Below, piece by piece: positions 27,122 to 35,719 of a DNA stretch of 64,000 nt (position 1 is the first letter of the stretch; every line of letters begins with the position of its first letter). The stretch comes from an uncultured Candidatus Saccharibacteria bacterium (GTDB lineage Bacteria; Patescibacteriota; Minisyncoccia; Phycocordibacterales; UBA2100), in contig CAZPGE010000004.1 of NCBI GenBank assembly GCA_964586255.1, forward strand, positions 32,693 to 96,692, given 5' to 3'. Under the pieces are notes generated by a model. That model worked only from the letters and a program-made list of their open reading frames with translations, did no database searches and had not been told where the DNA came from. Both the position numbers and the translations under genes were made by a program.

Positions 27122-28870
27122 ATGCTCAAACAAATGCGAACAGCTTTTGTTGTCGTCTTTCTTAGTATCGTCGTCTCTGCTGTGTTTCTAGGCGCCCTTT
27201 CTTACATGCCACGTGAGACTGGGGCACTCTTCATGGACGCAGACATGATGTATTGCATCGGCTTGCCGTGCCCGTGTGGCAAAGGACCAGGTGGGAATCC
27301 CCCATCACCTTGCGGGGGCGTGGGGAAAGGCGTCCTTCAATGTCCATGCAAAGATTTGACAAGCGGATTCAGTACTACGGGGAAATGCTCTGCAGTCGGC
27401 GTTTGTACAGCTTCGGGCACGAGCGGTAAGGATGGTTTCGGTCTCGACCAAGTTTCGAAGATTCTCGGCGATCTCATGGGGAAGCTCATGGGGCAAAAAG
27501 GGGGGGATACGGCGCAACCGCCTCCACCGCCGGGCGGAGACACAGCCAGCAAGATTCCCCCCACATGTACACTCACCTCTAGTACGGTTTCTTCCAATGC
27601 ATCGTCCACCACAGCGACGCTCTCGTGGTCGAGCTCGTATGAAGCTACGAGCGCTTCGATAACGCCCAACATTGGCACCGTCTCAGTCAATGGCTCCCAA
27701 TCGATTACTATCACTGAGACGACCCCATACTCCATGTCGGTGACTGGGCCAGGAGGTACAGGGTACTGCTCTTCGATTGTGGTGGGTTTTGGCGACGGAA
27801 GCACAGACAAGTGCTCGGGCATCTTCGCAGATATCTATGGATGTGAAGATGATGGCGACGATGACGAAGAAACACCGGACACCAGCACTACGACCCCGGG
27901 TCTTTCGGCGAGTCCAACAGGTGGCACGGCACCTCTCACTGTCGTATTCACAGGCAATGCAGGCAGTGCGGGGTACACCATCAAGTATGGTGACGGTAAG
28001 ACCAATGCGGTCGGTTGCGAACACGGAAGCTGCTCACCGAGCGCTTCGCCACTCACCATCAACAGGAGTCACGTGTATGAACAGCCAGGTACGTACACCG
28101 CGAAGCTTCTCAAGCACTTCACCTCCGTGCAATCAAATTGCGCGGGCGAGGATTGCAACGCAATCGATTCCGTCACGATTACAGTCACCGCGCAGCAGAC
28201 TACTTCCGGTACGACGAACACGACAAGCTCAACAACCGTCCCTGTGTTCTCGAACCCCGCGTACCTATTGCCGGGCTTAAGGGGAGATATCAAAATGTTG
28301 AATTCTGGCGGCACGGTCGTCGTGGGTGCGCGCAATCAAAACAACACGGAGGTAGCAGGATTTTACGGCGGCACTACGTTCTCCGGGCCTGCGACTGGCG
28401 TGGTGGCGACGCTCTGCCGCACGCGACCGTGGGCAGGTAACTTCCTCTCGTATATACTCCCGGCCAATTTCTTTGACAGTCTCTGTGTCGCACGCGGCTA
28501 CACCGTCGGTGCGCCTGCTACTCAGCAGACAAGCGGCAGCGCGCAGACGACGGGCACGTCTCAGGCCAAGCCAAAGCCGACACAGAAGCCCGCAACTTCG
28601 ACCCCATCTGTATCCAATGTTCCTCCCAAAGTGCGGGTATGGGCAGTGCCGTCTACGGTGCCACTTGGCTCTCGTGCTTCGGTATTCTGGACTTCGCAGG
28701 GTGTGGCGAGCTGTCTCGTGGCGAGCCCAGACGGAAGTTTCTCTCAGACGACACTCTCTGGAGGTGCGTCCACTGTATCTCTCACGGGACCGACCACGTT
28801 TACGATTTCATGCCTCACCGCAGATGGGACTCCCATCACTGACTTCGTGACAATCAATCTCGCGATCTAG
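27122..28870 (+). CDS. Cys-rich, Ser/Thr-rich cell-surface protein with an N-terminal membrane anchor and Ig-like C-terminal modules
   Basis: N-terminal TM. Many Cys, a poly-P/G linker and an acidic DDGDDDEE stretch. The C-terminal about 85-aa module ('VWAVPSTVPLGSRASVFWTSQGVASCLVASP...ISCLTADG') is homologous to modules in the 35720 protein. Confidence 0.5.
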   Translation: MLKQMRTAFVVVFLSIVVSAVFLGALSYMPRETGALFMDADMMYCIGLPCPCGKGPGGNPPSPCGGVGKGVLQCPCKDLTSGFSTTGKCSAVGVCTASGTSGKDGFGLDQVSKILGDLMGKLMGQKGGDTAQPPPPPGGDTASKIPPTCTLTSSTVSSNASSTTATLSWSSSYEATSASITPNIGTVSVNGSQSITITETTPYSMSVTGPGGTGYCSSIVVGFGDGSTDKCSGIFADIYGCEDDGDDDEETPDTSTTTPGLSASPTGGTAPLTVVFTGNAGSAGYTIKYGDGKTNAVGCEHGSCSPSASPLTINRSHVYEQPGTYTAKLLKHFTSVQSNCAGEDCNAIDSVTITVTAQQTTSGTTNTTSSTTVPVFSNPAYLLPGLRGDIKMLNSGGTVVVGARNQNNTEVAGFYGGTTFSGPATGVVATLCRTRPWAGNFLSYILPANFFDSLCVARGYTVGAPATQQTSGSAQTTGTSQAKPKPTQKPATSTPSVSNVPPKVRVWAVPSTVPLGSRASVFWTSQGVASCLVASPDGSFSQTTLSGGASTVSLTGPTTFTISCLTADGTPITDFVTINLAI

Positions 28871-29635
28871 CTAGAGGACGATAAAGAAGAATGCCGCTGC
28901 CGCGAGGATACGGTAGATGCCAAACGGTATAAACGTGTGGTTGCGGACGAAGTGCAAGAGAAACTTGATTGAGAGGAGCGCGACGACAAATGAGACGATA
29001 AATCCTATGGCGAGCGCGCCCAGGTGCTCTGACGTAAACGCCGGAAGATTCTTCACAAGATCAAGACCTGTTGCCGCAGCCATGGTGGGTACGGCAAGCA
29101 AAAAAGAAAATTCCACAATTGTGCGTCGGGGGATACCTATCATCAGTCCGCCGAGTATCGTGGCAGCAGAGCGGGATACACCGGGGACAATCGCTATCGA
29201 TTGAAAGAGTCCCACGATAAATGACTGTGTGTACGAAATATGCGAGACCGGAAGCTCCTCCGGCGTCTCGCGGTAGAGCAGCTCAAATACGATGAGCACG
29301 ATGCCCCCTAGAAAAAGAGAAGAGAGGACGATGAGTGGGCTATCGAGCAGGTACGATTTGAGAAAAGGATATGCGGCAAGGCCGATGATGCCCGTCGGTA
29401 TAAAACCAACGACGAGTTTCTTGAGAATTTCAATATCGAGAAGAAGTCGCCAGTAAAGCGCGACGACGGAGAGGATGGCGCCAAACTGAATAGATATTTC
29501 AAATGACTTGAGAAAGTCTGAAGAGGGGATGCCGAGGAGTTCGCTCGCGAGGATAAGGTGACCTGTCGATGAGATAGGAAGAAATTCCGTGACCCCCTCT
29601 ATGATGCCGAGCAGTGCCGCCTGAAGTAAGTCCAT
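28871..29635 (-). CDS. uppP: undecaprenyl-diphosphate phosphatase
   Basis: 'GVTEFLPISSTGHLIL' and 'AAMVGTASK...RRGIPI' are BacA/UppP motifs. Confidence 0.85.
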   Translation of the reverse strand: MDLLQAALLGIIEGVTEFLPISSTGHLILASELLGIPSSDFLKSFEISIQFGAILSVVALYWRLLLDIEILKKLVVGFIPTGIIGLAAYPFLKSYLLDSPLIVLSSLFLGGIVLIVFELLYRETPEELPVSHISYTQSFIVGLFQSIAIVPGVSRSAATILGGLMIGIPRRTIVEFSFLLAVPTMAAATGLDLVKNLPAFTSEHLGALAIGFIVSFVVALLSIKFLLHFVRNHTFIPFGIYRILAAAAFFFIVL

Positions 29636-29691
29636 ACGTGGGTTGCATTATATATGAAGCTCCAGGGCTCTTGTGTTATATTTCGCCCTAA

Positions 29692-29764
29692 CCGCCCGTA
29701 GCTCAGTCGGTAGAGCACCTGCCTTTTAAGCAGAGGGTCGTTGGTTCGATTCCAACCGGGCGGA
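29692..29764 (+). tRNA. tRNA-Lys (anticodon TTT)
   Basis: Cloverleaf: acceptor CCGCCCG/CGGGCGG, D-arm GCTC/GAGC, anticodon loop CTTTTAA, T-arm GTTGG-TTCGATT-CCAAC, discriminator A. No encoded CCA. Confidence 0.85.
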
Positions 29765-29902
29765 CTGAAACGAAGTGTAAGAACGCCCGGTTGCGAAGGG
29801 GGTCGGGGAAACAGCTGTTTCCCCGTGGAGGAAGGCAGCCGCGCAGCGGCGTTGGAAAACCGTGGGTTTCCAAGGCAACTGGGGCGGACATGACGTCACA
29901 AA

Positions 29903-29923
29903 CAGTGCCTGCGCACTGTTTTT
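29903..29923. terminator. intrinsic terminator-like hairpin (CAGTGC-ctgc-GCACTG then TTTTT), nested in a larger inverted repeat
   Basis: Stem-loop plus T-tract, preceded by an A-rich run. Lies within the structured GC-rich region 3' of tRNA-Lys. Confidence 0.45.
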
Positions 29924-30063
29924 GCATTCATGTCCGGGCCGGAGCGTTGTCGCACAAGCTTGTGCGACCGCGAGGCGGGGGCTGCGACCGAGGCGAGTGA
30001 CGACGAGTCGAGAGTCGTGGCCGACTGGCTCGTCTGAATCATCGGACGAAGTCGCGTAACTCT

Positions 30064-30306
30064 CTACTCGCCCTTCTCTTCTAGAATCTCGGCAGCCTTA
30101 AGGGCACTGTCCTGCAGGTCTGCAATTTTGGCATCAGCGAGGCGTGCTGTTACCGCATCGGAAAAAGAAGCAAGCAGCATCTCGCTCTGCGTATCTTCCG
30201 GTAGTTCGGAAAAGTGTTCGAGCATAAAATCCTTGAGCGCAGATTCGTCGCCGGCGTCCAAAAGGCGATCTATCTCGGCGCGAAGTTGTTCTTGATTTAG
30301 GGCCAT
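30064..30306 (-). CDS. hypothetical small acidic protein (80 aa)
   Basis: Overlaps the upstream gene end by 10 nt (operon-like). Helical, acidic. Confidence 0.45.
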   Translation of the reverse strand: MALNQEQLRAEIDRLLDAGDESALKDFMLEHFSELPEDTQSEMLLASFSDAVTARLADAKIADLQDSALKAAEILEEKGE

Positions 30307-31487
30307 AGTGATGCAGCGTGAGTTTTAATGTCTGGTTTTGATTTGAGGAATAGATTGAGAAGCGCCGTAAAGATGCCTTTACCAACCTTTTTCTTTTGAA
30401 GAGTTACTTCAGAATCTACAAATGAGTCGATGAATGCGCTCTTCTCTGCGGGGGAGTACGCCGACAGGCTCTTCTTCTTGAGTCGTTTACTCTCCGCTTT
30501 CAGCGCTTCACCAAAGCGCTTCTTCACTGCCCCCTCCTCAAACTCTTCTCGTGCTGCTCGGAGGTCTTGGATGGTGTTGACGTTGGTTTCAGGCATGTCC
30601 TTCATCTTCCCGCCCTCTATCATGACGCGCTGCATCTCGAGCCGCATTTCAGGGGTGATAGAGGCCTTGAGGACCTTTGCGATATCAGCTAAGTGAAGGT
30701 TGCTCTTTTGGAGTAGATCGCGCTGGTGTTGAAATGACTCGACAAGAGTGCGGGCGCGTCGATGAGAAATAGCGCTCCCGCTGACGATGTCGGCGACTCT
30801 CATCATAATGTTCATGCTTTCTCGCGCGGTACGTTCAATCATCGACTTCTCACCTGAGTCGAATCCGCTCGAAAGGCCCAGACTCTTTGTGACGTACCGC
30901 GCGAGCTCACTTTCTGGGATTCCCGTCTTTTCTAAAGCGGCAGAGACTTTCGTATTCACGCTCCGTGCCCAACCGCCCTCGCTGAGGGTACGCTCTTCCG
31001 ACATCGACTTAACAAGTTTTGAGTATGCCTTTGCATCTTCTCGCGAGAGTGTATCGAGTCGGCTCTTGAGAAAATCGTGGGCCCTTTCAAGTCCAATCTG
31101 TTTGACCATGAGGCCAACACTCTTGTCCGTATCGGCAATGTCGCGGACGTAGTCCGGTGTAAAAATCTGCTCGAGCCGGCCCATCTCGGCACTGCGTATG
31201 TTGTAACCTTTGACCGACTCATCGACGTAGGTCTGCTGGCTTTCTGTCAAAAGACGCTTGTTTTCAAGAGCATCAATGATTGGCTTTGCCTTGCGGCTGT
31301 CTTTCGCTCCGAGAAACTGCAGAAACTTGGCCTGCTCCTCAGGATCCTGCCAGATATCCTCCTGCGACTTTGCGTGTTCGCCGAGCTCCATCTGCTCGCC
31401 GGAAAGAGGGTCTTTGACAGCAGCTTTCTCAGCCTTTTCCTCGATACTTCTCCGTACTTTGCGGAGTTCTATTCCCATACGCAGCAT
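30297..31487 (-). CDS. hypothetical alpha-helical protein (396 aa)
   Basis: Long ORF with no recognisable motif. Confidence 0.5.
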   Translation of the reverse strand: MLRMGIELRKVRRSIEEKAEKAAVKDPLSGEQMELGEHAKSQEDIWQDPEEQAKFLQFLGAKDSRKAKPIIDALENKRLLTESQQTYVDESVKGYNIRSAEMGRLEQIFTPDYVRDIADTDKSVGLMVKQIGLERAHDFLKSRLDTLSREDAKAYSKLVKSMSEERTLSEGGWARSVNTKVSAALEKTGIPESELARYVTKSLGLSSGFDSGEKSMIERTARESMNIMMRVADIVSGSAISHRRARTLVESFQHQRDLLQKSNLHLADIAKVLKASITPEMRLEMQRVMIEGGKMKDMPETNVNTIQDLRAAREEFEEGAVKKRFGEALKAESKRLKKKSLSAYSPAEKSAFIDSFVDSEVTLQKKKVGKGIFTALLNLFLKSKPDIKTHAASLWP

Positions 31488-31543
31488 TGTGGCATGCGAA
31501 AAGTGTCCCGCAATGCTGGAGCTGTGTAGAGAACTAAGAGGCC

Positions 31544-31888
31544 TTAGAGGGGGAGGTCGAGCGCGAAGGCGCCGGGACCGGTAACAACGAGGGAGAGCGC
31601 GATGATGAGTGCGAGGGCGACAGAGCTTTTCGGGAATATGCGCATGTCATGAAAGAACATACTTGCAAAGAGCCACGCAGCTGCGAAAAGTGCCACAGGC
31701 TGTGTCCACGCCCCTACCATGAGAGATACTGCCGTCGCGGCCTCAATGAGAGCCCAAATACGCGGGAGTGTTTCTGGACGCGATACATGTGCCCATGCAG
31801 TGAAGAGAAGAGTGGCAGCGAGCGAGAGTCTGAGCGCGAGCGCGGCAAACGGTGCGAGAAAGAGTATTTCAGGAAATATCGAAAGCAT
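31544..31888 (-). CDS. DoxX-family membrane protein
   Basis: Four TM helices. DoxX-like 'GAFALDLPL' C-terminus. Confidence 0.65.
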   Translation of the reverse strand: MLSIFPEILFLAPFAALALRLSLAATLLFTAWAHVSRPETLPRIWALIEAATAVSLMVGAWTQPVALFAAAWLFASMFFHDMRIFPKSSVALALIIALSLVVTGPGAFALDLPL

Positions 31889-31955
31889 ACCGGCAAGTAT
31901 AACGCAGTGGAGAGGAGAAGTGAACGAGTATGAGCGGGTATGCTAGTCTCTCGCT

Positions 31956-32426
31956 ATGAAAGAAGTGGCAGTACTTTTGCACAACATTCGGAGCGCATAC
32001 AATGTGGGCTCGATATTCCGCACCTGTGATGCGGCGGGCGTCACGCATGTCTATTTGAGCGGCTATACGCCGCGTCCCATCGACCGATTCGGTCGATCGC
32101 AGAAAGATATCGCCAAGACGGCTCTTGGTGCCGAGACGTCAGTACCGTGGCACTTTGTGAAATCTCCCGGCCCACTTCTGCGCGCAGCGCGCGCAGACGG
32201 GTGGTGTATTGTCGGCATCGAGCAACATGCGCACTCGACTGATTATCGGGCGCTCAAGAAAGGGGAGCGGACACTTTTTATTCTTGGCAATGAAGTGCGA
32301 GGCATTTCTTCACAGTTGCTCGCGAATTGCGACGAAATCGTCGAGATACCCATGCATGGGAAGAAAGAGTCACTCAATGTTTCGGTCGCCGCCGGTGTAG
32401 TGCTCTTTGGTACGCTCGAGAATTAG
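31956..32426 (+). CDS. SpoU/TrmH-family RNA 2'-O-methyltransferase (TrmL-like size)
   Basis: 'NVGSIFRTCDAAGV', 'LGNEVRGIS' and 'IPMHGKKESLNVSVAAGVVLF' are SPOUT motifs. Confidence 0.75.
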   Translation: MKEVAVLLHNIRSAYNVGSIFRTCDAAGVTHVYLSGYTPRPIDRFGRSQKDIAKTALGAETSVPWHFVKSPGPLLRAARADGWCIVGIEQHAHSTDYRALKKGERTLFILGNEVRGISSQLLANCDEIVEIPMHGKKESLNVSVAAGVVLFGTLEN

Positions 32427-33397
32427 TACGTTACAGAATCGACCGTCTGGCCGTTTTCATCGAGTAGACGGATGACATCGTGCGTGTTACCCCACAGCTC
32501 GACTGGTGAACCAAGGTAGAGCCGCCATGTATCAAGGGCAAAATTTGCTTCATGGCGATATGTCTGTACGCAGCCGTTGTACGAGAATGTGTTAGCGATA
32601 TATATGCGACACGCAGGTGCGAGCGATGTAGGAATGGTCGTCGGGTACGTGCACTGGGGAAGAGATTGCACATAATCTACGCAGTCACCACCGTACCGTA
32701 AAAGATTTTGATCGGTAAGCGACATGCTCTCTGCGGGTGAGGGGCATGCATTGGCGAGCGACGGCTCAAACGAGAGATTCTGTGCAAGGTATCCGGTGCA
32801 CCTGTTTTCACGGAACGAGACGCCGGCAGGGGAGAAGCCCGAAATCACAATAGCGCTCGTGCCCGGCTCAAGCGAAACAGTGCGGACGTTGTTGAGTGTG
32901 CCATGCTCGTATACCGTCGTGGCAAGAGGAATCGGAGCGATAGCTCCGGTGAGCATGCTCATGAGTGACCACCCGGCGAGAGATGCGCCTCCAGAAGCAT
33001 CGATGACGAGATATTCATTTGAAGCGGCTGCTTCTGTTGCCGCAGCGCGAGAGAGGGAGACCTTACCCGCATATGGCGACCGCCCGAGCTTAGCAACGTC
33101 TTTTTGGATTGAATCGTACTGGCGCTGCATTTCGTCGAGGCGTTCTTCGGCGCTCATGTTTTCATATGCCTCACCCTCTTGTGCGAGGCCCTCGATATCT
33201 GGGCCCTGAGGGATGGGGAGCTGCCAGGGGAGCTCAATTTTGTAGGTGGATGTGCTGGTGCCCCACAAAATGTCGATAGGATTGGCTATCGTTTTGACGA
33301 AGCTCACGATGCGCGATGCGCCACCAACCCACAGCCAGGCGCCCGCGAGAAGTATCACCATCCCAATAAGGACGTACCAGAGGACAGTGCGTACCAT
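32423..33397 (-). CDS. hypothetical membrane-anchored protein
   Basis: N-terminal TM (MVRTVLWYVLIGMVILLAGAWLWVGG). The start is taken at the internal Met so that it abuts the Mur ligase stop. Confidence 0.45.
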   Translation of the reverse strand: MVRTVLWYVLIGMVILLAGAWLWVGGASRIVSFVKTIANPIDILWGTSTSTYKIELPWQLPIPQGPDIEGLAQEGEAYENMSAEERLDEMQRQYDSIQKDVAKLGRSPYAGKVSLSRAAATEAAASNEYLVIDASGGASLAGWSLMSMLTGAIAPIPLATTVYEHGTLNNVRTVSLEPGTSAIVISGFSPAGVSFRENRCTGYLAQNLSFEPSLANACPSPAESMSLTDQNLLRYGGDCVDYVQSLPQCTYPTTIPTSLAPACRIYIANTFSYNGCVQTYRHEANFALDTWRLYLGSPVELWGNTHDVIRLLDENGQTVDSVTY

Positions 33398-33404
33398 GCA
33401 CGTA

Positions 33405-34640
33405 TTATAACGCTCCTCCGCGGAGTCGTTGTATCTCTTCTCGGGCAACCTCGGCGTCGCTCCACGGTATCTTCGCGCCGCCTTTTCCGTAGATAGGATC
33501 GATGCCTTTGCCTGTTATGAGGACAGTGTCGCCCGCACGTGCGATTGAAAAAGCCCTACGTATCGCCTCGCGCCGGTCGAGAATAATCTCAGGTCGCTTG
33601 GTCATCCCGGAAGCTATTTCATCGACGATTTTCTGGGGGTCTTCGTCGTACGGGTCGTCGTTGGTGAGTATCACGACCTCACACTTTTCCTCAGCGGTCT
33701 TACCCATGACCGGTCGCTTCCACGTATCGCGGCCGCCTCCCGCTGAACCGAGAAGACATATTTTTCTTCCTGGATACGCATCACAGAGGGCTGCGAGTGA
33801 GTCGGGTGTATGCGCGTAGTCCACGACGACGATAAAGTCTTGCCCTGCTTCGATGCGCTCGGCTCTCCCGGGGATGCGTGTAAGCGAGGCGAGCCCCTTT
33901 TGTATCGCATTGAGGTCCGCACCAAACGCGTACGCGACCTCGGCAGCGGCAAGTGCGTTCTTGAGAGAAAATTCTCCGGGCTGAGGGACGTCGATGACGC
34001 GTCCTTCGTAGGTGAATGTGCCACCGTCTGCCGATGCGTGCCAGGGTTCTTGTTTGGTGAGAGAAAATGCGATGCGAGATTCTATGGGCAGTGCGAGGTA
34101 TCGAGCAGATTCTTTGTCGTCGGCGCTTGCTATCACGGCTCGAGGGCGCTTCGCCGAGTTTGCAAGCGCGAGTCCGAGCTCGTACTTCGCATCTGCGTAC
34201 GCTTCATACGATCCGTGCGACTCGATGTGTTCGGGGGCAAGGTTGAGAAACACGAGTGCGTCGAGTTCGATTCCTCGATGTCGATGCTGTCGCGCACCCT
34301 CAGACGTCATTTCTATGACAGCGTACGTACATTTCTCGCGCACAGCATCACGCAAGAATTTTTGAAGCCGAGCTCTACCGGGCATCGAGCGCCCGATAGT
34401 GTTGCGCTGCTTCTTCTGCCCAATCTTGATTCGAATCGAATTTATGAGCGCAGTTTTCTCGCCCGTAGCCTCGAGTATGGAAGATATCATCTCACTTGTG
34501 CTGGTCTTGCCTTTCGTTCCCGTGACCGCGATGACTTTTATAGAACGAGAGGGGAAGCCATAAAGAAATGCACCGCCAAGCGCTATCGCGAGATGGTACG
34601 CGGAGATGAGAGAGTCGGGCAAGAATCTTCTCAAGAACAT
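33405..34640 (-). CDS. Mur ligase family protein (MurE-like, short N-terminal domain)
   Basis: 'VTGTKGKTSTSEM' P-loop. C-terminal 'TNDDPYDEDPQKI' and 'TGKG' resemble MurE motifs. Confidence 0.6.
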   Translation of the reverse strand: MFLRRFLPDSLISAYHLAIALGGAFLYGFPSRSIKVIAVTGTKGKTSTSEMISSILEATGEKTALINSIRIKIGQKKQRNTIGRSMPGRARLQKFLRDAVREKCTYAVIEMTSEGARQHRHRGIELDALVFLNLAPEHIESHGSYEAYADAKYELGLALANSAKRPRAVIASADDKESARYLALPIESRIAFSLTKQEPWHASADGGTFTYEGRVIDVPQPGEFSLKNALAAAEVAYAFGADLNAIQKGLASLTRIPGRAERIEAGQDFIVVVDYAHTPDSLAALCDAYPGRKICLLGSAGGGRDTWKRPVMGKTAEEKCEVVILTNDDPYDEDPQKIVDEIASGMTKRPEIILDRREAIRRAFSIARAGDTVLITGKGIDPIYGKGGAKIPWSDAEVAREEIQRLRGGAL

Positions 34641-34641
34641 A

Positions 34642-35208
34642 TTACTTTCCGAGCATCTTTAGTGCTGCTCGCAATCTGTCGTTGCCCCCTTCGATGTCTT
34701 GAGGGACGTTGCGGAGCGCGTCACGAGCTTCGGCGGCGGAGTACCCGAGACTCCGCATTGCTTCAAGTGCCTCTTCATCGCCCTTGAGCGCACCGGAAGA
34801 TGCAACGTCTGCGGCGCTCATTTTGTCTTTGAGTTCGAGCACTATTTTTTCCGCGGTCTTCTTGCCTATGCCTGAGACATTGGTGAGATAGCTTGCGTTG
34901 CCGGATGCGATGGCGCTTCTCAGTGTCTCGACAGACGCGATATCGAGTACGCCGAGCGCGGACTTTGGGCCGATGCCAGACACCGTGAGGAGGAGCTCGA
35001 AAAATCGCAGCTCTTCCTCATGGACGAAGCCATAGAGGTCGAGCGCATCTTCCCGTACGGCGAGATGGGTCCAAAAAGTCTGCTCTCCCTCTGTAGAGCG
35101 CAGGATGGTTTCCTTGAGTGTAAACACTTTGTATCCGATGCCCTGTACATCAATAATGAGATGCGTCGGACGTGTAGCTTTTATAGAGCCTCGGATGTAG
35201 CCAATCAT
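34642..35208 (-). CDS. ruvA: Holliday junction DNA helicase subunit RuvA
   Basis: 'MIGYIRG...', HhH motifs 'VSGIGPKSALGVL' and 'VSGIGKKTAEKIVLEL'. Start taken at the internal ATG. Confidence 0.85.
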   Translation of the reverse strand: MIGYIRGSIKATRPTHLIIDVQGIGYKVFTLKETILRSTEGEQTFWTHLAVREDALDLYGFVHEEELRFFELLLTVSGIGPKSALGVLDIASVETLRSAIASGNASYLTNVSGIGKKTAEKIVLELKDKMSAADVASSGALKGDEEALEAMRSLGYSAAEARDALRNVPQDIEGGNDRLRAALKMLGK

Positions 35209-35285
35209 GGGGCAATCATAGCATCGGCCTCGCCTGCGGGCGGATTCTTGCGCAGACCACAGAATTAATGTAGCATCGCTAGGCA

Positions 35286-35552
35286 ATGGCAAATACAACG
35301 TCAGCAAAGAAGGCACAACGAGCGGCAGAGAAGCGCCGCGTCTTCAACGCGCGCCGCAAGAAGGCGATGAAAGATACGCTCAAGACGGTTGAGAAACTCC
35401 TCGTGGCCAAGAAGGGCGCGGATGCTGCAAAGGCACTCCCTGACCTCTATCAGGCAATCGACAAGGCTGCCAAAAACGGCACTATCAAGCCCAACACTGC
35501 ATCCCGCATGAAGTCCCGCATCTCCAAGCAGGTTGGCGCTCTCACTAAGTAA
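35286..35552 (+). CDS. rpsT: 30S ribosomal protein S20
   Basis: 'MANTTSAKKAQRAAEKRRVFNARRK' is S20-like. Confidence 0.85.
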   Translation: MANTTSAKKAQRAAEKRRVFNARRKKAMKDTLKTVEKLLVAKKGADAAKALPDLYQAIDKAAKNGTIKPNTASRMKSRISKQVGALTK

Positions 35553-35608
35553 TTTCCAGCAGTTTTTGCTGGATTTACATACGAGTCTAGGATAGACTCG
35601 TCTTCAAC

Positions 35609-35680
35609 GCTCCCGTCGTTCAACGGATAGGACGCATCCTTGCGGAGGATGTAATGTAGGTTCGATTCCTGCCGGGAGCA
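35609..35680 (+). tRNA. tRNA-Arg (anticodon GCG as read; unusual)
   Basis: Cloverleaf: acceptor GCTCCCG/CGGGAGC, D-loop AACGGATA, anticodon stem CATCC/GGATG, loop TTGCGGA, T-arm GTAGG-TTCGATT-CCTGC. Preceded by the rpsT terminator hairpin GAGTCTA-ggat-TAGACTC. Confidence 0.7.
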
Positions 35681-35719
35681 CAGATATGAGCGCAGCGAAA
35701 TAGTTGTGCTCGCAGAGAA

